Origin: an uncultured Prevotellaceae bacterium
GTDB lineage: Bacteria > Bacteroidota > Bacteroidia > Bacteroidales > Bacteroidaceae
Direction of reading: 5' to 3'
DNA: 64,000 nucleotides
Assembly (NCBI GenBank): GCA_947166655.1
Contig: CAMVFC010000001.1
Coordinates: forward strand, 10,390-74,389
Below the pieces are notes generated by a model, which was not told the origin of the DNA, did no database searches, and saw only the letters and a program-made list of their open reading frames with translations. Numbering within the stretch: position 1 is the stretch's first letter; each line of letters begins with the position of its first letter. Shown in pieces: positions 28,283-38,387 of this stretch. A program made the translations under genes and the position numbers.

Positions 28283-30691
28283 ATGAAAAAGAATCTCATT
28301 AAATCTCTTTTCCTGGCCTTGGCGTTGAGTGTCGGTTTCTCCTCTTGCGAGGATATGCTCACGCCCGATATGGATCGTCACAACGAGGTTGACGAATTGG
28401 CCACCGATACGCTCTATTCCTACTGGGGCATCCTGCGCAGCCTGCAGGGCATCGCCGAGCGCTATGTCATCCTCGGCGAATGCCGCGGCGATCTGGTCAG
28501 CGGCACCGAATACGTCAGCGATTCCATCCACTCCATCCTCGAGTTCGGCCGCGAGGGCGATGCCAGCGACGGCGCCTGCCGCTACCTGCAGGCCAGCGAC
28601 TTCTACCAGGTCATCAATTCCTGCAACGCCTACATCGCCCACTGCGACACCCTGAAGGTCACCGGCACCAACCGCAGCGTCATGCTGAAGGAGTATGCAC
28701 AGGTGGTCAGCATCCGTGCGTGGGTCTACATGCAGCTCGTGCTCACCTATGGCCGCGTGCCCTATTTCACCGAGCCCATGCTCTCCACGGCCGAGATTGA
28801 CAACTTCTGGAGTGCTCCCGAATACGTCAGCAACGAAGACCTGAGCGACAAGAGCGTCGTCACCGAACTCGAGAAGGTGCGCAACGTAGACACCCCGGAC
28901 TACGGCAACTATGGCCGCAACCCCGTCATCGCTGCCGCCACCCAGTGCCTGTTCCCGCAGAACCTCGTGCTCGGCGACATCTATCTGCTGAAAGCCAAGA
29001 AGGGCGACGTGGCCACCTATGCCAAGGCCGCGCAGTACTACTACGACTTCCTCAACACCAAGATGGGCGGCTGCATCAGTCCCAGCACCTACTACAACCT
29101 GCTGAACCGCGATCAGATCTCCGACCAGCTGTTCAACGCCCTCGATGCATGGTCGCAGATGTTCACCTCCAAGGTGAGCGTCTCCAGCAACAGCGAGGTC
29201 ATCACCGTCATCCCGAGTTCGCAGAACAAGCTCTGGGGCACGGTCAACCGCGGCATAGGACAGCTCTTCGGCTACAGCTCAGAGATCTCCGTACGCACTG
29301 AGGCCAGCGACACCACGACCTCGGCCAGCATCTCCCTGGACTACAACTTTCAGCATGAGCTCGATGCCTCACGCGCCTACATCAACCTGAACCACGCACA
29401 GACCTACGAGACCTACATCAACGACATCACCCGCTGCACGCCCATCGAAGGAGGCTTCGATGCCCGTCTGGGTGCGGCCACCATCGATGTGCAGAACCGC
29501 GAGGGCGACGGCACTCAGGTCAGATTCGTACAGAAACAGAACCCTCGCTTGATTTTCTCCACCACCTACCCCATCATCTACCGCAAGGGTAATGTCTGGC
29601 TCCGCTTTGCCGAGGCGCTGAACGGTGCTGGCTTCCCGGGCTATGCCTTCGCCATCCTCAAGAGCGGCCTCTGCGGTAACAGCAACTGGCTGCCCACGAG
29701 CGAGACGCAGTATCAGCCTAAGACGTCTAAAGCCTACGATGCATCAGAGATTAAGGTCGATATAGAAGGACAAAAGGACACGGTGTTCTATGAGAACAAG
29801 AAAGACTGGTATTATCACCTCTACCAGCGGGCTTATACCGAGCAGGCAGAGGTCCTGAATGATACCATCCTCACCAACCATGGATGGAGCTTTGGCACAG
29901 ACAGCCTCAGTGCCGAGGATTTCAGCACCATCTTCAACAACATGAAAGCGCAGCAAGATGACGCTGGTGAGTGGAAAGTTAATTATGAATATTACTTCAT
30001 TTATATCCTGTTAGATAATTGGGCCTATAACACCCATTCAGCCGATCTGAAATTTGTTCCCACCAGCTACTATCCCTGGCCCGATCCGGGTCTGACGAAC
30101 CTCGTATGCAACCACATTCCCCTGCAGGAGATGCAAGCTGCCCGTTCGGCAGGCTTCCTGAACTTCACTACGCTCTACCTGCGTGGCATAAACAATTCGC
30201 AGAGCATCGCCGTCGCTCCCAGTCAGTACGGCATGGGAACAAGCTCAGCACTGGACCTCTACACACGCAACCAGGATCCTGTTACGATGGGCATCCATGC
30301 CCGCGGCTGCGGCCTCATCCGCTACGACGAGCGAAACACCACGTTCAACTACACCACTCAGGTGAACAAGATGCTGGGCAAATATGAGAACAATCTGCTG
30401 CCCACAGATACGGCAGGCCAGACGAGGACGCTCACCCGCGAAGAGATCTACGCTCCCGAGAACAAGGAGAAAGTGCAGATCGCCATTGCCGACCTCATCC
30501 TCGACGAGATGGCGCTGGAGACCAGCTTCGAGGGCAACCGCTTCTTCGACCTGGTGCGCTATGCCCGCTTCCGCGGCGACAACGACCAGCTGGCCAAGCG
30601 CGTTGCCGCACGCAGCGGCAGCGAGGATGCCGGACTGCGCAGCTATCTGCAGAGCACGGACAACTGGTTCTTCAAGATTCCCACCCGTTAA
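28283..30691 (+). CDS. SusD/RagB-family lipoprotein (pair 2), unusually long (802 aa)
   Basis: Lipobox GFSSC followed by EDM. C-terminal SusD hallmark ETSFEGNRFFDLVRYARF. Contains an AT-richer internal segment at about 29740-30065. Confidence 0.85.
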   Translation: MKKNLIKSLFLALALSVGFSSCEDMLTPDMDRHNEVDELATDTLYSYWGILRSLQGIAERYVILGECRGDLVSGTEYVSDSIHSILEFGREGDASDGACRYLQASDFYQVINSCNAYIAHCDTLKVTGTNRSVMLKEYAQVVSIRAWVYMQLVLTYGRVPYFTEPMLSTAEIDNFWSAPEYVSNEDLSDKSVVTELEKVRNVDTPDYGNYGRNPVIAAATQCLFPQNLVLGDIYLLKAKKGDVATYAKAAQYYYDFLNTKMGGCISPSTYYNLLNRDQISDQLFNALDAWSQMFTSKVSVSSNSEVITVIPSSQNKLWGTVNRGIGQLFGYSSEISVRTEASDTTTSASISLDYNFQHELDASRAYINLNHAQTYETYINDITRCTPIEGGFDARLGAATIDVQNREGDGTQVRFVQKQNPRLIFSTTYPIIYRKGNVWLRFAEALNGAGFPGYAFAILKSGLCGNSNWLPTSETQYQPKTSKAYDASEIKVDIEGQKDTVFYENKKDWYYHLYQRAYTEQAEVLNDTILTNHGWSFGTDSLSAEDFSTIFNNMKAQQDDAGEWKVNYEYYFIYILLDNWAYNTHSADLKFVPTSYYPWPDPGLTNLVCNHIPLQEMQAARSAGFLNFTTLYLRGINNSQSIAVAPSQYGMGTSSALDLYTRNQDPVTMGIHARGCGLIRYDERNTTFNYTTQVNKMLGKYENNLLPTDTAGQTRTLTREEIYAPENKEKVQIAIADLILDEMALETSFEGNRFFDLVRYARFRGDNDQLAKRVAARSGSEDAGLRSYLQSTDNWFFKIPTR

Positions 30692-30715
30692 TCCCGCTCG
30701 TTCATACACCCTTTC

Positions 30716-30758
30716 AGCAGCTACGCCCGTTCCCTTCGGACGTAGCTGCTTTCGTTTT
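30716..30758 (+). terminator. Rho-independent terminator after SusD pair 2
   Basis: AGCAGCTACG (30716-30725) pairs with CGTAGCTGCT (30741-30750) and is followed by TTCGTTTTT. Confidence 0.75.
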
Positions 30759-30850
30759 TCCGACCCGCACGCCCCTGCACTGCCCCACCACGCCCGTGCC
30801 CCCATCCCTCAGCAGCCAACCAGGCCGCCTGCCACCGTCCGCAGTTCAGA

Positions 30851-31021
30851 CAGGGACTGCCGAGGGTCTGCGGTAAAAGTGTCTTGAGATTTGCAAAAAA
30901 CTCAAGGCAGATTTGTCCAAAACTCAAGGCAGATTTGTCCAAAACTCAAGGAAGATTTGCGCAAAAGTCAAGGCAGATTTGCGCAAAAGTCTTAAGAAAA
31001 AAAGCGGTGACACTTTCAGAC
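30851..31021. repeat. Copy 2 of dispersed tandem-repeat element (inverted relative to copy 4)
   Basis: Head CAGGGACTGCCGAGGGTCTGCGG, then 21-24-bp units (AAAACTCAAGGCAGATTTGTCC x2, AAAACTCAAGGAAGATTTGCGC, AAAAGTCAAGGCAGATTTGCGC), and tail GCGGTGACACTTTCAGAC. Confidence 0.9.
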
Positions 31022-31041
31022 TGCCCGACACACCCTGCCGT

Positions 31042-31120
31042 GAGGGGTTGTTCCATCACGATGGAACGATGGTTCCATCACCATGGAACGATGGTTCCAT
31101 CACGATGGAACAAACCCCTC
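31042..31120. promoter_or_regulatory. Array of three 18-bp palindromes (GTTCCATC-N2-GATGGAAC type) at 22-bp spacing, closed by GAGGGGTT/AACCCCTC
   Basis: GTTCCATCACGATGGAAC, GTTCCATCACCATGGAAC and GTTCCATCACGATGGAAC, each separated by GATG. Located about 100 nt upstream of the lacZ -7 box. Function is inferred only. Confidence 0.5.
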
Positions 31121-31220
31121 TTGCTGCAGTATCCTCTCTCACCGCCTGCGGAGCAGAGCCGCACTGCGGGCTGTGCTGCGCATTTTCCTTAGAAAAATTT
31201 GGTCTGAATGGCAATAATGA

Positions 31221-34463
<3,243 letters not shown>

Positions 34464-34469
34464 CCAAGA

Positions 34470-34507
34470 GCCCCCGCCCTCACTGCGAGGGAGGGGGCAC
34501 CTTTCAA
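34470..34507 (+). terminator. Candidate terminator after lacZ
   Basis: GCCCCCGCCCTC pairs with GAGGGAGGGGGC (one mismatch) and is followed by ACCTTTC, a weak T-tract. Confidence 0.45.
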
Positions 34508-34554
34508 GAACTAAACGTTAACATCCTGCCTTGCTGCATAATAAAGAATCTATA

Positions 34555-36615
34555 ATGTCTGAAAAGAATAAGCAAACAGCAAAAGCATCCACCCCCTCCC
34601 TCACGAAGAGGGCAGGGGGTGGGACTGCTTCCTCACCTGACAAGAGGGCTGCAAGCGGGTCCGCTTCCTCGGCGGAAGCGGTGAAGAGACTCCTGAGCAG
34701 CCCTCTTGTCTGGTGGCTCCTCGTTCTCTTCGCCCTGGCAGCCGCCGGCATCACACTGGTGCGCTTAGAGAGCGAGACTTTGCTGCGCGCTCAGGAACTC
34801 AACCTGTGGCTGCCCACGGGGCTGTACTGGAAGACCATGATGCAGTACCCCGGCGGCGCTGCATCATGGCTGGCCACTTACCTCACCCAGTACTTCTTCT
34901 ATCCCTGGCTCGGCACTGGCATCCTCTGCGCACTATGGCTCATCATCTGCCTGCTGCTCGCATGGACGTATCGCCTTAAAGGACCCTGGATCGCGCTGAC
35001 GCTGCTCGTCCCGATGGCCTTGCTGGCGGCCTTCACACAGACGGGCTACTGGATTTACTATCAGAAACTCCAGGGACACCTCTTTGTGCCCACCGTCGGC
35101 GTACTGTTCGCCGTGCTTTGCCTCTGCGTGCAGCGGCTGCTGGACATGACCTTGCCCGCCAAGGCTACCCGCTGGACACAGCACGCATGGATGGCTCTCG
35201 TCTGCTGCGTGGGCTATCCTTTCTTCGGCGCCTGGGCCTTAGGGGCTACAGCCCTGCTGGCTCTCTACAGCTTTGCCGCATCCGCTTCGGACTCTGACTT
35301 TCCGATCCGCCGAGGACTGGCTGCCCTCCTTCTCGCACTCATCCTCATTGCCGCCGTCCCGCAGATCTACTACCAGCGACTGTTCGAGATGACCGAACGC
35401 ACCTACGTCTACGTGGCGGCACTACCCTCCATGCGCTACGGCAAGGACAGCTTCGAGCAGTACCGCCTACCCTACTACGCCATTATCCTGGCTTTCCTTC
35501 TCATCACGGCTGTGCGTGTGGCCGAAGGGTTCCCCTCCGCCAGACGCCTGAAGCCCTGGGCTAAGAACCTCATCGTCCTCGCCCTCCTCGCTCTCGCCGT
35601 CATCGGCGTGCAGCAAGCCTGGTACCGCGATGTCAACTTCCAGAAGGAACTGGCCATGAACCGTGCGGTGGAAGAATGCGACTGGGAACGCGTCCTCACC
35701 TATGCCCGCGATGGCAGCAGCGATGTCAAGCCTACGCGGCAAATCGTACTCTACAAGAACCTGGCCCTCTTCCGCCTGGGACGCGCCGGCGACGAGATGT
35801 TCCACTACCCCGAAGGCGCCACACCGCAGAACGTGCCCTGGCGCGTTCACATGACACAGGTCGGCGGAAAACTTATCTACTACCACTACGGCAAGGAGAA
35901 CTTCTGCTACCGCTGGTGCATGGAAGACGGCGTGGAGTTCGGGTGGAAGGCAGAGACGCTGAAGTTCATGGCGCGCACCAGCCTGCTCAACCGCGAGTGG
36001 GTGGTAGCCCGCAAATATCTCGACCTGCTGAAGAAGACGACATTCCATCGTCCCTGGGCCGAGCACTACGAGAAGCTACTGGCTAACCCCGATGCGTTCG
36101 ACCTGTCGAAGCTCGAAGCCTCTGTCCAGGCGGGCAAACCTCTCATGGAAGAGAGAGACATGAAGGAGTTCGCTCCCATCATGCACCTTATGACCTACCC
36201 CGACCGCCTCGACGGTGACAACACGCTCATCGAGATGTATCTCCTGCAAACCTTTGCTCGCGGCAACGGCGACGACCCGCTCTTCCAGGAGATGACGCTC
36301 ATCTGCGCACTCTACATGAAGGATATTGACATCTTCTGGCCGCGCTTCATGAAGTACGCCACCATGCACCCGAACGAACGGATGCCGAGGCACTACCAGG
36401 AAGCGGCCTACCTCTACGGACACTTGGAGAACAAGGTGGACATCAGTCACATGCCGTTTGACCAGCAGGTCCGAGACACCTACGACCGCTTCATGAAGTT
36501 CAACACCCAATGTGGCCCGATGACCGACGAGCAGAAAGCCGTAGCCTTCTATCCGCAGTTCGGCGACACCTTCTATTATTTCTATTTCCTGGTAAGAAAC
36601 CAAAAGACAAATTAA
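34555..36615 (+). CDS. Polytopic membrane protein with soluble C-terminal domain (DUF6057-like, from memory)
   Basis: S/A/G-rich cytoplasmic N-terminus, followed by about 9-10 hydrophobic helices (LVWWLLVLFALAAAGITLV, ...QYPGGAASWLATYLTQYFFYPWLGTGILCALW...) and a ~330-aa helical soluble domain. An alternative start lies at 34531. Confidence 0.6.
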   Translation: MSEKNKQTAKASTPSLTKRAGGGTASSPDKRAASGSASSAEAVKRLLSSPLVWWLLVLFALAAAGITLVRLESETLLRAQELNLWLPTGLYWKTMMQYPGGAASWLATYLTQYFFYPWLGTGILCALWLIICLLLAWTYRLKGPWIALTLLVPMALLAAFTQTGYWIYYQKLQGHLFVPTVGVLFAVLCLCVQRLLDMTLPAKATRWTQHAWMALVCCVGYPFFGAWALGATALLALYSFAASASDSDFPIRRGLAALLLALILIAAVPQIYYQRLFEMTERTYVYVAALPSMRYGKDSFEQYRLPYYAIILAFLLITAVRVAEGFPSARRLKPWAKNLIVLALLALAVIGVQQAWYRDVNFQKELAMNRAVEECDWERVLTYARDGSSDVKPTRQIVLYKNLALFRLGRAGDEMFHYPEGATPQNVPWRVHMTQVGGKLIYYHYGKENFCYRWCMEDGVEFGWKAETLKFMARTSLLNREWVVARKYLDLLKKTTFHRPWAEHYEKLLANPDAFDLSKLEASVQAGKPLMEERDMKEFAPIMHLMTYPDRLDGDNTLIEMYLLQTFARGNGDDPLFQEMTLICALYMKDIDIFWPRFMKYATMHPNERMPRHYQEAAYLYGHLENKVDISHMPFDQQVRDTYDRFMKFNTQCGPMTDEQKAVAFYPQFGDTFYYFYFLVRNQKTN

Positions 36616-36620
36616 GACAC

Positions 36621-38324
36621 ATGACTGACAAGAAGAAACGCCGTTGGCCCCTCTGGGCTATCGTCGCACTCATTATCTTCCTCCTCATTATATTCGCCGG
36701 TACGGGCTTTGCCATTTTCGGTGGCAAGGCAAAGGTGCCTTCTTCCTTCACAGAAGTCAACACCCTGCCCACCATCTACCCCGACTACGTGGGCGTCACT
36801 GTACCTCTCAACATTGCCCCTCTGCATTTCCACATCGACCACGATGCCGAAGCTACGGACTTTGTCACTCGCGTCACCGCGGGGGACGAGGAATGGACTT
36901 TCGGCGGCGAGGACGTGCGTCCGGGCCTGAAGAGATGGCACGCCATGGTGGACAAGGCGCTCACTGCCGACGGCCGACTGAAGGTAGAGGTCTTTACGAA
37001 GCAGCAGGAACAATGGCAGCGGATGAAGCCATTTGACATCTTCGTCTGCAAGGACAGCATCGACCCCTACATCTCCTACCGACTCATCTCGCCAAGTTAT
37101 GTGACCTACGAGGACCTGACGCTCAACCAGCGCTGCCTGGAGACGTTCGACGAAAGCCTCATCTACGGCAATATGATCAATGGCGACGAGCACAACGGGC
37201 AGTGCATCAACTGCCACCACGTCCAGGCCTACGACCCGCAGCGCCTGCAGTTCCACGTTCGACAGTATCTCGGCGGCACCGTCATCGCCTACGATGGCCA
37301 GCTGCAGAAGGTCAACCTCAAGACCGACAGCACGCTCTCCGCAGGCGTCTACCCCTCCTGGCATCCCACGAAGCCTTGGATCGTTTACTCCACTAACAGT
37401 ACCGGACAGAGCTTTCACACGCGCGACGTGCAGAAGATAGAGGTTCAAGACACCAAGAGTTGTCTCATCTTCTACGACCTTGAGAACAACACTGTCACGC
37501 CCATCACCCGTGACACCACCGACCTCGACTGTTTCCCCTTCTGGAGTCCCGACGGACGTTACATCTATTATGTCAGTGCCCACTGGCAGCGTCGCGATAC
37601 CGTCAACATCGACTTCGAACTCATCAAGAACTATAAAGAGGTACAGTACAACCTCTACCGCATGGCGTTCGACGAGCAGACACGCAGCTTCGGCCCTCGC
37701 CAGCTGGTATATGATGCCGTCGGACGCAACCGCAGCGTCACCCTGCCCCGTATCTCACCCGACGGACGTTGGCTGATGTTCACTCAAGGAAAGTTCGGTG
37801 TCTTCCACATCTGGCACAACGATGCCGACCTCTTCCTCCTGGACCTCAAGAAAGAAGTGCCTGTGCCCGAGCCTATCGCCTATACGTCATACTCGCCCGA
37901 CAACCTGCCCGAAGGTGTCTTGCCGCCGACGGCAAACAACATAGAGCGGGAAGAAGCTGCCGACAGTCTTCGCGAAGCAGCGGGCGCGCGCTATCCGCTG
38001 CCCGAGAACATACGAGCCATTGACGAGCTGAACTCTCCCGACGTGGAGAGCTACCACTCTTGGTCGAGCAACGGCGCCTGGGTCATCTTCTCCAGCCGAC
38101 GCACCGACGGAAACTTCACACGCCCCTTCATTGCCCACTTCGACGGCAACGGACATTTCACACGCCCCTTCGAGCTTCCGCAGGACAACCCGCAGTATCA
38201 CCGCGAGTTCCTTCGCAGCTACAACATTCCCGAGTTCATGAGCGGGCCCGTCACCATTCGTCCGCAGGAATTTGCTGACATCATCAAGAAAGACGCCACG
38301 CAGGCTCAGCTGAAAATGAAATAA
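36621..38324 (+). CDS. Membrane-anchored periplasmic protein with single CxxCH motif and TolB/PD40-like beta-propeller repeats
   Basis: N-terminal anchor WPLWAIVALIIFLLIIFAGTGFAIF. CINCH motif at 37203-37217. Propeller-like repeats WHPTKPWIVYS, FWSPDGRYIYYVS, ISPDGRWLMFT and WSSNGAWVIFSS. Starts 5 nt after the upstream stop; the ORF-track start at 36510 overlaps the upstream gene. Confidence 0.55.
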   Translation: MTDKKKRRWPLWAIVALIIFLLIIFAGTGFAIFGGKAKVPSSFTEVNTLPTIYPDYVGVTVPLNIAPLHFHIDHDAEATDFVTRVTAGDEEWTFGGEDVRPGLKRWHAMVDKALTADGRLKVEVFTKQQEQWQRMKPFDIFVCKDSIDPYISYRLISPSYVTYEDLTLNQRCLETFDESLIYGNMINGDEHNGQCINCHHVQAYDPQRLQFHVRQYLGGTVIAYDGQLQKVNLKTDSTLSAGVYPSWHPTKPWIVYSTNSTGQSFHTRDVQKIEVQDTKSCLIFYDLENNTVTPITRDTTDLDCFPFWSPDGRYIYYVSAHWQRRDTVNIDFELIKNYKEVQYNLYRMAFDEQTRSFGPRQLVYDAVGRNRSVTLPRISPDGRWLMFTQGKFGVFHIWHNDADLFLLDLKKEVPVPEPIAYTSYSPDNLPEGVLPPTANNIEREEAADSLREAAGARYPLPENIRAIDELNSPDVESYHSWSSNGAWVIFSSRRTDGNFTRPFIAHFDGNGHFTRPFELPQDNPQYHREFLRSYNIPEFMSGPVTIRPQEFADIIKKDATQAQLKMK

Positions 38325-38326
38325 GA

Positions 38327-38366
38327 GACTCTCCCCGCCCTCCCTCAAAGGGCGGGAGAGTTTTCA
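38327..38366 (+). terminator. Rho-independent terminator
   Basis: CTCTCCCCGCCC (38329-38340) pairs with GGGCGGGAGAG (38350-38360), with one bulge, and is followed by TTTTCATTT. Confidence 0.7.
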
Positions 38367-38387
38367 TTTCAAGAATCAAAAATATTA

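Noticed and set aside
30874-30996. Possibility that the 22-bp tandem arrays are CRISPR arrays.
   Set aside because: The units are directly abutting with no unique spacers. The units are degenerate rather than identical, and no cas genes are present.
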